This document shows positions 1 through 8,981 of a DNA stretch of 64,000 nt, piece by piece. The stretch spans positions 420 to 64,419 of the forward strand of contig JBHLPR010000008.1 of assembly GCA_048939245.1 (NCBI GenBank). The letters are read 5' to 3'. Both the position numbers and the translations under genes were made by a program. The notes beneath the pieces were generated by a model. That model ran no database searches. It was given only the letters and a program-made list of their open reading frames with translations, and was not told the origin of the DNA. Each line of letters starts with the position of its first letter. The stretch's first letter is position 1. This stretch comes from Promethearchaeota archaeon. GTDB lineage: Archaea > Asgardarchaeota > Hermodarchaeia > Hermodarchaeales > Hermodarchaeaceae.

Positions 1-1152
1 TTTATCAAAGACTTCACCGATTTGTGAGGGGGTGAGATATTTATCAGTTAGGGGAGATTTGAGAAGATGGAGGAAAGCAATGGAACCCTCCCCAGTGGCT
101 AGGGCGGGTATTCCTTCGTCGTTGAAAATTGCTGTTATTTCTTCACGGAATTTGTTTCCTCGCCGATTAAGCTGAGAGTATTCATCCTTGTTAGCTTTGA
201 GAGCGTTAAGGGTGGCTTTTCCGGATTCCATAGTGAGATGGTGGGCAGAAAATGTTCCTCCACCAACCCAGCGACCACTAGGTGCTCCCGGCGCCGCTAG
301 TTTCATCACGTCTTCGCGACCACCATATACTCCGAGAGGCATTCCCCCTGCGACAATTTTGCCAAGGGTAACTAGGTCGGGTTCGACTCCGTATATTCTG
401 TTGCCTGCTGTTCCAAAACAAAGGCGGAATCCTGTTATGATTTCATCAAATATTAGGAGGATATCATGGTTTTCTGTTTCTTCTCTGAGGTAGGGAAGAA
501 ATTCGGGTTCTGGGGCTAGTCCTCCACCAGCTCCAAGAACCGGTTCAATAATGATGGCAGCTAATTCCTTTCCATGGGCTTTGAGAAGGGAATCAAAGCT
601 GTTGCGATCGTTGAATTCGAAATAGGCACCAGTGAAGAAAGGCTCATCTTTGTAAGGGTAGTGGAGATGGTAGCATAGGGAGTCATTACCTCCATGCCAG
701 CCACCATTGACTTTGGCTACTAATTTTTTGCCTGTAAATAATCGGCACAGACGGGTCGAATACATCGTGGCGTCGGAGCCAGTTGTAGTTAAACGTAATA
801 GCTTCATATATGGAATCGCGTCTTGGAGCAGTTCACCAAATTCAATCTGTGGTTCATTAAGAGCCCCTAGATGAACTCCGTAATCTAGTCTGCCTAAGAT
901 GGCTTTTCGGATAGCGGGGTAATTATGACCCAAGATTAAAGAGAAATGGGTCATCCAATAGTCTATGTATTCGTTACCATCCACGTCCCAGATGTGGCTA
1001 CCGTCGCCACGCTGTATAAAAGGTGGATAAACATGAACCCGATCGAGCCCGAAAGTTCGTATATTGTGGCTCATGCCGCCAGGGAATATTCTGCGGGAAC
1101 GATCCCAGTCGGCTTTGGATTTTTTGGTGACTTCTTTATAGTGCTCTAACAT
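1..1152 (-). CDS. Class-III PLP-dependent aminotransferase, glutamate-1-semialdehyde 2,1-aminomutase-like (3' end cut by window edge)
   Basis: Absent from the ORF track because it runs off the left edge. Hand translation of the minus strand from the ATG at complement 1150-1152 gives MLEHYKEVTKKSKADWDRSRRIFPGGMSHNIRTF...RLTTTGSDATM...IIEPVLGAGGG...LLIFDEIITGFR...DLVTLGKIVAGGMPLG. There is no stop down to base 1 (384 codons). Motifs fit fold-type I class-III enzymes, with the PLP Lys in LGK. Track ORFs 188-493 and 946-1149 (+) are shadows of this gene. Confidence 0.8.
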   Translation of the reverse strand, partial: MLEHYKEVTKKSKADWDRSRRIFPGGMSHNIRTFGLDRVHVYPPFIQRGDGSHIWDVDGNEYIDYWMTHFSLILGHNYPAIRKAILGRLDYGVHLGALNEPQIEFGELLQDAIPYMKLLRLTTTGSDATMYSTRLCRLFTGKKLVAKVNGGWHGGNDSLCYHLHYPYKDEPFFTGAYFEFNDRNSFDSLLKAHGKELAAIIIEPVLGAGGGLAPEPEFLPYLREETENHDILLIFDEIITGFRLCFGTAGNRIYGVEPDLVTLGKIVAGGMPLGVYGGREDVMKLAAPGAPSGRWVGGGTFSAHHLTMESGKATLNALKANKDEYSQLNRRGNKFREEITAIFNDEGIPALATGEGSIAFLHLLKSPLTDKYLTPSQIGEVFDK

Positions 1153-1197
1153 CTATTCCTATCTCCTTTGTTGTGGAGCTTTTTGATGTAAGTGTGA

Positions 1198-2274
1198 TTA
1201 TTTCCATACGCGTTCGGTGTTGTGTGGGCAAGGAATGTCCTTCATTGTGAGAAGACCTGGAGGTGCTGTTATTACTAGGGGTATGAGGTTGATTAGCATT
1301 CCAACAGTTCCTTCATCGCCTGGCATTCCCCCTTCGATTCGTTGCTGGATATTTGGGTTTCCTTCGATTTTCACTTCATCATAGGCTGGTGAAGCGTCAG
1401 CGTAAGCGTTGAAGTCATGAGTTATAATGGTTTCACCGGCTTTTTGTCCAATGCCTCGGCTTTTAAGCCCACGGACTTCTCCTGGATTTACGGTAGTGTA
1501 GGTGGTTATGATTTTTTCAGTAGCTATTACCGGTTCGGGTGGAAATTCTTCGATGTGATCTAATTGTAGATTGAGGGCAGCCCCAAGCATGCGTATGGAT
1601 TCAACGAGTCCTACATGACCAGTAATGGCTCCGGTTTCGATAGCATTCCTGAAATCTTTTTCAGTCATTCCTGTGCCTACTTTCTTTTGAAATGCGTCAC
1701 GACGTGAACTGGAGTTCATATTCCGAGTCACATGAATTCTGTCTACCTGTTGACAAGGTGCAGTTAGAACAATGGGTAAAAGGTCCATAAGAAATCCAGG
1801 ATTGATTCCTGTCCCAAGAAGAGTTTTGCCTTTATTTAATGCAGCATCATGTAATTCCTTTGATAATTGTGGGTGCCGCTCATAAGGGTAGGAAAGTTCT
1901 TCACAAAGTGAAATCACATCCAAACCTGCTTGTAAACAGGCGAGAATAGTCGCTTTCACCTTTTGTAGATGTGAAGAAGTAGCAACGATGGCTACATCGG
2001 GAGGATTCTCACGGGTTTCATCTAATACTTTTGACAAATCATCCCTGATAGTCGTTGAGGTCTTTTGGTCCACCTTGATAAAATCTTCCACTTGCTTGTC
2101 CTGAAGGGCTGGATCGATATCAATCACCGTAACTAATTCGAGGTTTTTTCGCTCGATAATCGCTTTTGAGATCCATTTACCTAAGGTTCCAAACCCAATT
2201 TGTATTACGCGAAATGGCTCTGGCATAATATCCACCAATTGAACATCATTAGAATAAGCTTTATCCTCACTCAA
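1198..2274 (-). CDS. NAD(P)-dependent amine dehydrogenase / DapB-N-domain family protein (2,4-diaminopentanoate dehydrogenase-like)
   Basis: 358-aa ORF with an N-terminal Rossmann loop (VIQIGFGTLGKW). The central GINPGFLMDLLPIVLT...VDRIHVTR region resembles the DapB-like amine dehydrogenase family by eye. The real start may be Met17 (MPEPFRV). Confidence 0.5.
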   Translation of the reverse strand: MSEDKAYSNDVQLVDIMPEPFRVIQIGFGTLGKWISKAIIERKNLELVTVIDIDPALQDKQVEDFIKVDQKTSTTIRDDLSKVLDETRENPPDVAIVATSSHLQKVKATILACLQAGLDVISLCEELSYPYERHPQLSKELHDAALNKGKTLLGTGINPGFLMDLLPIVLTAPCQQVDRIHVTRNMNSSSRRDAFQKKVGTGMTEKDFRNAIETGAITGHVGLVESIRMLGAALNLQLDHIEEFPPEPVIATEKIITTYTTVNPGEVRGLKSRGIGQKAGETIITHDFNAYADASPAYDEVKIEGNPNIQQRIEGGMPGDEGTVGMLINLIPLVITAPPGLLTMKDIPCPHNTERVWK

Positions 2275-2412
2275 ATTTTAAGGTTTAATCAAATCCTATT
2301 GTGCCTTACTTTTTCCTAGCGGAATGTGTTTGATTTCTCATCTCTTTGCTGATATCGTGTGTAATGATTTACTGGAAATGCCTATTGTATTTTCTTTGTG
2401 TGAGGATATTAG

Positions 2413-2422
2413 TAATATAATA
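2413..2422 (+). promoter_or_regulatory. TATA-like box candidate upstream of the 2442 ORF (would give a leaderless or short-leader mRNA)
   Basis: TAATATAATA lies 20-29 nt upstream of the ATG at 2442, in an AT-rich intergenic region. Support is sequence pattern only. Confidence 0.25.
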
Positions 2423-2441
2423 TGATAACACAGTTTATTTT

Positions 2442-2657
2442 ATGCCACCAAAAAAGCCCTCTTCATGGGAGAATAGAATTCGAGAGATGGTGCCTTGTAT
2501 TCTTGCACTGCTAATTTTTATTGTTCCCCTTATCGTCTATGTGGTTGTCTTTCCCACTGTGGGACCGATTATTGCGCTCTTTGCGGGCGTTGGAGCTTAT
2601 TTGATTATTTTGGGTATCTGCATTATAATATGGTGGAGGGGGCGTGTTACAGAATAA
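2442..2657 (+). CDS. Small membrane protein (2 predicted TM helices), unknown function
   Basis: 71-aa ORF whose hydrophobic stretches CILALLIFIVPLIVYVVVF and IIALFAGVGAYLIILGICIIIWW suggest two TM helices. Its overlapping frame (2495-2689) looks non-protein-like. Confidence 0.35.
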   Translation: MPPKKPSSWENRIREMVPCILALLIFIVPLIVYVVVFPTVGPIIALFAGVGAYLIILGICIIIWWRGRVTE

Positions 2658-2698
2658 CCGCCTCTTTTTCTCACAATTTTAAAATTTGACAAAACCAG

Positions 2699-3184
2699 AT
2701 GTGGATTAGATTGGCTAGCAGATTCTCATTTGAATCAGGATATGGCGTGAAAGTGTTAGCGATTATTCATGCCCTAATTGGTGTCACTCTCTTCGCCATT
2801 ACACTGTTGGTGAATCCCACGATCTTATTGTGTTCAGGCATACCCTATGCATCTTTTCAACTATTTCTGTTAAGTTGGTGGCTGTGGCGCTTTCCCCGAA
2901 TTGATTCGTTCCGGACACGAATCCTCCCTATCAGTCTTAAAAGGCAACCAATGACTGAAGAGCAAGAAGTACAGTTGCTACAACGGGCTTGGCAATTTCA
3001 GCTAGTCTTTGTTAGCTTATGGGGTTGGATTTGCACCGCTCTTCTTGGAACCTTAGCTAACTGGTGGATGCTTTGGGGAGGTTGTCCTTGGGCATCAGTT
3101 TTACTCCTGGGAGGCGTGTTACTAGGAGTTGCAGGATGGATCCTAGGTAGCGCATGGATAGTCCATATTGTCTACAAGGAATAG
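2699..3184 (+). CDS. Membrane protein (about 4 TM), unknown function
   Basis: 161-aa ORF with four hydrophobic segments and no recognisable motif. Confidence 0.4.
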   Translation: MWIRLASRFSFESGYGVKVLAIIHALIGVTLFAITLLVNPTILLCSGIPYASFQLFLLSWWLWRFPRIDSFRTRILPISLKRQPMTEEQEVQLLQRAWQFQLVFVSLWGWICTALLGTLANWWMLWGGCPWASVLLLGGVLLGVAGWILGSAWIVHIVYKE

Positions 3185-3210
3185 GGTATTGTTAGGAATA
3201 TGGCACGCTT

Positions 3211-4428
3211 TTAGAACTTAAACTGGTCCTTTGAGAGTTGGCCTAGTGCAACAAAGACATCACGGCAATCCCGCAAATCTTCTAACCACACAAATTCATT
3301 ATGACCATGATAGCGGGTGCCATCCCGAAGGGCACCAAAGGTGACAACGGGGATACCAACTTCTGCAAGATACATTCCATCATCGAAGCCTAAATCGGCA
3401 CCAAGATAGAATTCACGACCTAATGTATTCTCGGTAACTTTTTGGAAAAGCTGTACCCAGGGATGTTCAGGCTTTGTAAAGTAGCCTGAGGCTTTGTTGA
3501 TAATTTCCATTTTGATTTTTGCACCCTGTTGTTTTGCGGTCTCGTCTATGAAGGTTTTCATATTCTTGGCTGCTTCATCTGGGTCTTCTTCAGGGGTGAG
3601 TCGGCGATCGAACCGAAACTCGCAACTATCAGGGATGATATTTTCCTTTCGCCATGCTTTAACCATGCTCACTGATAATCGTCCATAGAGTTGGGGCTTT
3701 ACTGCCGCAGGGGGTCCGCGAAGGCTACTAGTGGTTTGTTCTTTGATTGTTTCGTGATGGTTTTCAAGTGCTTGGATAAGACGACTCGCGCGATAGATTG
3801 GATTATCGAGGATATCAGGATTTCCACTATGTCCTCCTTCACCCTTTACAATGACTTTGCCCCAAATCGAGCCGCTAGCTCCAATTCCGATATATTGGTT
3901 GCCCGCATCAACGACAATAGCTGCATTTCCCCTTATTTTCGCCTGATTGAACAAATAATTAATGCCCCCTGGTCCACCAGTCTCTTCATCACAAGCTGCA
4001 CAAAGACGTAAATTGATGTCAACATCTTTATCTAGCAGCTTCCTCATGGCACCTAATCCGATGACAATTCCTGATTTGTCGTCAGCGGCACCCCGTCCAA
4101 AGGCTTTTTCGCCTTTTATTGTGAGATGGAATGGGTCAGTCTCCCATTTTTCTCGTTCAACCGGAACCACATCATAGTGACACACAAATAGCACAGTAAC
4201 ATCGGATCCGGTATCCAGATCAACAATCACATTCGGACGCGATTCACCATCTTCTGTGGCACTCTTTCCATCAATGATTTTGGTTTTAAGCCCAAGTTTG
4301 TCAGCTTCGGTCTTAATAAGAGACGCACATTCAGGATAGTTCTTTCGCGTAGTACCTGTATTAGTAGTGTCTAATGCCACTAATTTTCCCAGCAAGTCGA
4401 GTTCCCAATCAATAGTTTCCCAAGTCAT
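3211..4428 (-). CDS. M20 family metallopeptidase (ArgE/DapE/carboxypeptidase-like)
   Basis: 405 aa. Carries the M20 metal-binding and catalytic motifs HYDVVP, GRGAADDKSG and CDEETGG, plus a C-terminal H(G)HNE. Confidence 0.85.
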   Translation of the reverse strand: MTWETIDWELDLLGKLVALDTTNTGTTRKNYPECASLIKTEADKLGLKTKIIDGKSATEDGESRPNVIVDLDTGSDVTVLFVCHYDVVPVEREKWETDPFHLTIKGEKAFGRGAADDKSGIVIGLGAMRKLLDKDVDINLRLCAACDEETGGPGGINYLFNQAKIRGNAAIVVDAGNQYIGIGASGSIWGKVIVKGEGGHSGNPDILDNPIYRASRLIQALENHHETIKEQTTSSLRGPPAAVKPQLYGRLSVSMVKAWRKENIIPDSCEFRFDRRLTPEEDPDEAAKNMKTFIDETAKQQGAKIKMEIINKASGYFTKPEHPWVQLFQKVTENTLGREFYLGADLGFDDGMYLAEVGIPVVTFGALRDGTRYHGHNEFVWLEDLRDCRDVFVALGQLSKDQFKF

Positions 4429-4597
4429 AAGCTCATATCCTTCGAATGAAGAACAAATACTCGCACTAAATTAATATTATTCCCGCTCAAAAAACTTCGA
4501 TACAATCAGAATTCCATGAGCTACAAGAAGTCACCTTAGCCAATATGAAAAAAGAAAGGGGGAGGGAATAGACACGGGAGATAACCCGATATAGCGT

Positions 4598-4870
4598 CTA
4601 TTCCTTTTTAAAGAAGGTTCGTCGTAGGAAGAAGATTATGATTATGATAATGATGATCAGGGCGATCATGATTCCAGCAGAAGCTAATAGTCCGATATTC
4701 TCGTAACTGAATGGGCGCTGACCCCAAAAGACATTCCAATTGATGATTTGCAGCCCAAACCAATCAGCCCATGTGCTTCCTCCGAGAAGCCTGACCACAG
4801 CGAGGATGATGATTATGATGATAATGATGAGAAACCATGCCCACCAATTCTTCTTAAAGAATTCAGACAT
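4598..4870 (-). CDS. Small two-TM protein with Ile8 tracts, unknown function
   Basis: 90-aa ORF. A GGAGGA site lies 7 nt upstream of its ATG, and only 3 nt separate it from the upstream gene's stop. Each of the two helices is built around IIIIIIII. Confidence 0.45.
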   Translation of the reverse strand: MSEFFKKNWWAWFLIIIIIIIILAVVRLLGGSTWADWFGLQIINWNVFWGQRPFSYENIGLLASAGIMIALIIIIIIIIFFLRRTFFKKE

Positions 4871-4873
4871 AAT

Positions 4874-5452
4874 CTATTCCTCCTCGCCTCCAGTCCATAA
4901 CCAAGCTGGTCGCATGAAGTCTGGGAAGAGTTTCAGGATGATCCAGAGTGGGATAATCGCTTGTATAACATAGATTAGATAGGTTCCACCGAGGAAGGAT
5001 GCGATCATTTCAGCTTCGAAAGAAACGAGTCCCACTATAGCTAATTCGTAGTTGAAAATGGTTAGTGCAATGGCTTCTGCTACTGCTATGACGATTGATA
5101 GGATGACTAATGAATAAATGCCGTACGCTACATCTCGTTTCTCAAAGATATGTTTGCTGAAAATCGATAGGATAATTCCGATTAGTGGGTAGTAGATCAC
5201 ATCACAAAACGGTACAGACGATGGGAGGCCTATAAGTATGCCAACACCGACAGCAACCCAAGGTCCACCTGCGAAGGCGGCGATCACGTTGATACTTTCC
5301 CGAATATCAAGAACGTATGGAGGATATAATGGAATTACTAGTCCAAGAGCACGCCAGGCAAATCCAAGACCACCAAAAGCAGCGATCATAGCAACTTGCC
5401 TTGACGTCAAAAGTGGTCGACGATATGACTCTGATTCAGTGATTTTAATCAC
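4874..5452 (-). CDS. Polytopic membrane protein, possible ECF-transporter S (substrate-capture) component
   Basis: 192 aa with about 6 TM helices. A G/A-rich segment (IAAFAGGPWVAVGVGIL) resembles S components. The gene is divergent from the EcfA/EcfT genes. Family assignment is by eye only. Confidence 0.4.
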   Translation of the reverse strand: MIKITESESYRRPLLTSRQVAMIAAFGGLGFAWRALGLVIPLYPPYVLDIRESINVIAAFAGGPWVAVGVGILIGLPSSVPFCDVIYYPLIGIILSIFSKHIFEKRDVAYGIYSLVILSIVIAVAEAIALTIFNYELAIVGLVSFEAEMIASFLGGTYLIYVIQAIIPLWIILKLFPDFMRPAWLWTGGEEE

Positions 5453-5674
5453 CGAAAAAGAGATATGATAAACTAGTAATATTAATCATTGACGGTCATT
5501 TATATACCCTTGAAAAACTCGGAAAAATACCTGTTTTGTCCCTTTTTTTCGCTTAGAATGCGATTTTTTCACTATTAGAGCATAACTGATTCTTGTTTTT
5601 GATTAAAATCTTGTATCAATGTAACAGCTAAATATCTGAACATATAATCAGTCGAGACGAGCCACCTAGGACGC

Positions 5675-7405
5675 GTGGTTGCAATGGAAGGCAACGCCGA
5701 TATTTTGATGGAAGATGTTTCTTTTACCTATCAAGGGTCTGACCAGCCTGCACTTGAAAATATTAATCTCCGCATGGAACCTGGCGAGATTATAATGCTT
5801 TCAGGTCCAGCAGGGGCAGGAAAATCCACTCTATGCCAAATGCTGAATGGACTGGTACCACATTTCTTTCGTGGTACAATGACGGGTACTGTCCAAATTC
5901 AAGGAAAAAATACACGCAAAAATACTATTGCATACCTATCTCAGCGTGTAGGATTATTATTCCAGGATCCTGCGGCCCAATTAATCGCACCTACCGTTAA
6001 CGAGGAGATTGCTTTTGGCGCTGAGAACTATGGCGTTCCACGTGATGAAATAATAAACCGTGTGGAGAACTTTAGAAAATTGGTACGGCTTGATCGCTAT
6101 GCGAATACAAGTCCTCACCGCCTTTCAGGAGGCGAACAGCAAGCATGTGCACTTGCAGCGGTCATGGCGATGTATCCAGATATCTACGTTCTTGACGAAC
6201 CCACATCAAACTTGGACCCAATTGGGAGTCACCGGGTTCTAGAACTTATCACCCAGATGGTTCGTGAAGAAAAGAAGACCATGCTAATCGTCGAGCACAA
6301 GATGGAAGAATTGTTGCCTATCGTTGATCGCCTTATCATCCTCAATGAAGGAAAAATCATTCTTGAAGGGACGCCAAGAGACCTATTAAAAGATGTTAAG
6401 TTAATGGGGAAAATTGGTCTCAAACCACCGCAAGTTGCCCTTCTCGCCTCAGAAATTGATAGCGGACACATCGGCTCTGAACTCCCCCTGACATTAGATG
6501 AGGCTATTACACAATTCAAATCACTATTGAAAAAACGAGACGGACAGCCAATAAAATTAGAAGAAAAAAAGACAGTGCAGCTAGGTGAAGAGATTTTACG
6601 AACGGAATCGCTCTGGCATGTTTATGAAGAGGGCGAAGTCCAAGCACTTCGAGGCATCGATCTTTCAATCAAGGCAGGAGATTTTGTTGGGATAATTGGA
6701 CAAAACGGATCAGGAAAAACCACCCTGGTTAAACACTTCAACGGCCTTCTATTGCCAACCTATGGTGATGCATGGATAATGGGCGATAACTCGAAGGACA
6801 AAACAATCGCACAATTATCTACTCAAGTGGGATATGTATTCCAAAATCCCGACTTTCAAATCTGTTGCCAAACCGTTAAAGATGAAATGGAATTTGGGCC
6901 AAAGAACCTGAAACTCAATCAAGAAGAAATCGATCGACGTCGTGATGAGGTAGCTAAACTCTTTGGTTTTGATGAACTGCTAGAAGAAAAACCCTTTTCG
7001 TTAAGTAAAGGTGAGCGGCAGAAGCTTGCCGTGGCTTCAGTTCTTGCTATGCGCCCTGAGGTTCTCATTGTTGATGAACCAACAACAGGCCAAGATTACA
7101 AAACGGGTAATGAGATGATGGAATTTTATCGTCGCTTAAACCAAGGTGGTAAAACGATAATCATTATCACGCACGATATGAACCTTGCTGCCGAGTACTG
7201 TAATCGAATTATCGTTCTCCGTAAAGGGCGTATTCTTCTGGATGGTCCGGTTCGTGATGTATATTCACAATCAGAGACTCTTGCCAGTAGTTTTATCCAG
7301 GCTCCACAAATTACCCGGTTTGGTCAAGCTTTGGTTGAGTATGGGTTGCCAATTAACGCATTGAATGTAGATGAGATGGCAGATTATGTATCCAAGCTTT
7401 TATGA
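5675..7405 (+). CDS. ecfA: ECF transporter ATPase, fused tandem EcfA-EcfA' (CbiO-like)
   Basis: 576 aa containing two nucleotide-binding domains. Walker A: GPAGAGKST and GQNGSGKTT. Signature: LSGGEQQ and LSKGERQ. Walker B: IYVLDEPTS and VLIVDEPTTG. The start is GTG at 5675 or ATG at 5684. Confidence 0.9.
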   Translation: MVAMEGNADILMEDVSFTYQGSDQPALENINLRMEPGEIIMLSGPAGAGKSTLCQMLNGLVPHFFRGTMTGTVQIQGKNTRKNTIAYLSQRVGLLFQDPAAQLIAPTVNEEIAFGAENYGVPRDEIINRVENFRKLVRLDRYANTSPHRLSGGEQQACALAAVMAMYPDIYVLDEPTSNLDPIGSHRVLELITQMVREEKKTMLIVEHKMEELLPIVDRLIILNEGKIILEGTPRDLLKDVKLMGKIGLKPPQVALLASEIDSGHIGSELPLTLDEAITQFKSLLKKRDGQPIKLEEKKTVQLGEEILRTESLWHVYEEGEVQALRGIDLSIKAGDFVGIIGQNGSGKTTLVKHFNGLLLPTYGDAWIMGDNSKDKTIAQLSTQVGYVFQNPDFQICCQTVKDEMEFGPKNLKLNQEEIDRRRDEVAKLFGFDELLEEKPFSLSKGERQKLAVASVLAMRPEVLIVDEPTTGQDYKTGNEMMEFYRRLNQGGKTIIIITHDMNLAAEYCNRIIVLRKGRILLDGPVRDVYSQSETLASSFIQAPQITRFGQALVEYGLPINALNVDEMADYVSKLL

Positions 7406-8757
7406 GGTGTATACAGATGGCTTTTGAATATGTTCCTGGGGATGATTTTTTCCACCGACGTGATCCACGGGCAAAAATCTTCATGGCGATATCCATTGTC
7501 ATTATGTCTGTATGGTTTAATGATCCGGTTTGGCTTCTTGCCCTCTTTTTCTTTGAATTAGTTATACTACGACTAGCGCGTATTCCGCTGGGTAAAATTG
7601 CCGGCTTCATTCGCTCAATTGTTCCAGTTGCGGTTATGTATTTTATCTTTAACCTTATTCTTCCTCCCGTTCGGGTGCCTGATCCCTTAGTCATGTTCTA
7701 CTTAGTATTTTGGACATTTCCTCCACTTTTTCCAATTACAGTTGAGTCAGTAGTGTGGGGAATTGGTGCCCTCCTTCGCTTCCTCATTATTCTGGTGATG
7801 ATTAGAACAGTACTAATGTTAACGCCTATTCGAGACCTGATTCTTGCTCTTACAAAGCTACGTGTCCCTCCAGAGTTTGCACTGGCTGTGAGCATCGGTC
7901 TTGGTTATCTTCCCGTCTTAATTGATGAAAATCGCAGGATTAGGGAAGCGCAGCAAGCCAGAGGTTGGGAATATCAATTCCGCAATCCCGCAAAACGGTT
8001 CTCGGCTCTTCTCACAAAGATGTTGATCCCATCTATTGCTAATTCAATGCGCCGAACACGTGATATCGCCACCGCTATCGAGTCTCGAGGATTTGGATAT
8101 AACCTGCGAGCTAGAACCTATCTTCACGAAATCAAGATGAAGGCTGGAGATTATCTAGTAGTAGTGGTCTTCCTGGGTCTATTACTAGGTGCGGCCTTCA
8201 TTCGGGGGGTGGCTGTGGGTGGTCAACTTATCTTTGGGCTTGGTTTAGCGGACTTCCAAGCAACCGCTCGATTCGTGCGAGCCTGGGTAACCACCCCACC
8301 ATACGCACTGTTCGTCAGTTGGATGAATCTCATCCCTTGGAATATAGTTCCCTTTGTCAGCTTGCTCCCCATCAGTTATATGCATGTAGAATTTGGACAA
8401 TACTTCTTTCTGTTATTGGTGGGAATGATTACTGGACTCATTGCAGGGATTATCAGTCGGGGTAAAGCTAGAAAAATTGCCTTTGTCCTCAACCTTCTTA
8501 TCGCTGTACCACTTTTTATCGCACTATTCTATTTCATCTGGCCAATACTTCCCACAAGTTTCCTTGTGCTCTCTTCCTTTGGGTGGGTTGACGCAATTCT
8601 TACCTTAAACCTCAATTTATTCATCGCCTACTTCATGCTCTTCTTTATTACCCTCTTATGGCCCTACTTCGGATCAGTTTTAGGCACTACAATTGGTAGA
8701 TTCCGTGGGGGCAAAAAAGAAATATTCATCCCCCCTGAAATCACAGAAGAGGACTAG
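7402..8757 (+). CDS. ecfT: ECF transporter transmembrane T component (CbiQ/EcfT) with an extra C-terminal TM bundle of about 180 aa
   Basis: ATGA overlap with ecfA (7402-7405). The two coupling-helix Ala-Arg-Gly-type motifs are present (EAQQARGWEY, AIESRGFGY). Canonical EcfT length is reached near aa 268, but the ORF continues to aa 451. Confidence 0.8.
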   Translation: MRCIQMAFEYVPGDDFFHRRDPRAKIFMAISIVIMSVWFNDPVWLLALFFFELVILRLARIPLGKIAGFIRSIVPVAVMYFIFNLILPPVRVPDPLVMFYLVFWTFPPLFPITVESVVWGIGALLRFLIILVMIRTVLMLTPIRDLILALTKLRVPPEFALAVSIGLGYLPVLIDENRRIREAQQARGWEYQFRNPAKRFSALLTKMLIPSIANSMRRTRDIATAIESRGFGYNLRARTYLHEIKMKAGDYLVVVVFLGLLLGAAFIRGVAVGGQLIFGLGLADFQATARFVRAWVTTPPYALFVSWMNLIPWNIVPFVSLLPISYMHVEFGQYFFLLLVGMITGLIAGIISRGKARKIAFVLNLLIAVPLFIALFYFIWPILPTSFLVLSSFGWVDAILTLNLNLFIAYFMLFFITLLWPYFGSVLGTTIGRFRGGKKEIFIPPEITEED

Positions 8758-8981
8758 TTTAACCGGTCTTGTCTGAGTGCACTCAGACTCTAAGAGATAT
8801 TCTTATTCACTCAAGAGCATCCTGAAAATAACCCTTATTTTCTTACGTGAGTTGTTACAAAGTATTCGTCACATTATGGAAGTACTGATACGTCGTATTC
8901 TGAAATGTGACAGTAGTCTTAAATCAAACATTGACATCAAAACACTCAGAAGCAATCATCGATAGTTCAGGTGTTGTGGAT

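Noticed and set aside
188-1149. Track ORFs 188-493 (+) and 946-1149 (+)
   Set aside because: Both lie inside the long open minus-strand frame that encodes a convincing class-III aminotransferase. Their translations are low-complexity and Pro/Arg/Ser-rich, typical of antisense shadow frames.
4620-4845. ATT/ATG/ATC-rich repeats that at first look like a microsatellite or short repeat array
   Set aside because: They are in-frame Ile (and antisense Met/Ile) codon runs inside a small ORF. There is no spacer-repeat periodicity and no CRISPR-like structure.
8777-8965. 62-aa ORF upstream of the M42 peptidase, and the 25-codon N-terminal extension of the M42 track ORF
   Set aside because: Composition is low-complexity and the ORF overlaps the peptidase leader. 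The M42 family length fits the ATG at 8982, so this region is more likely promoter and leader.
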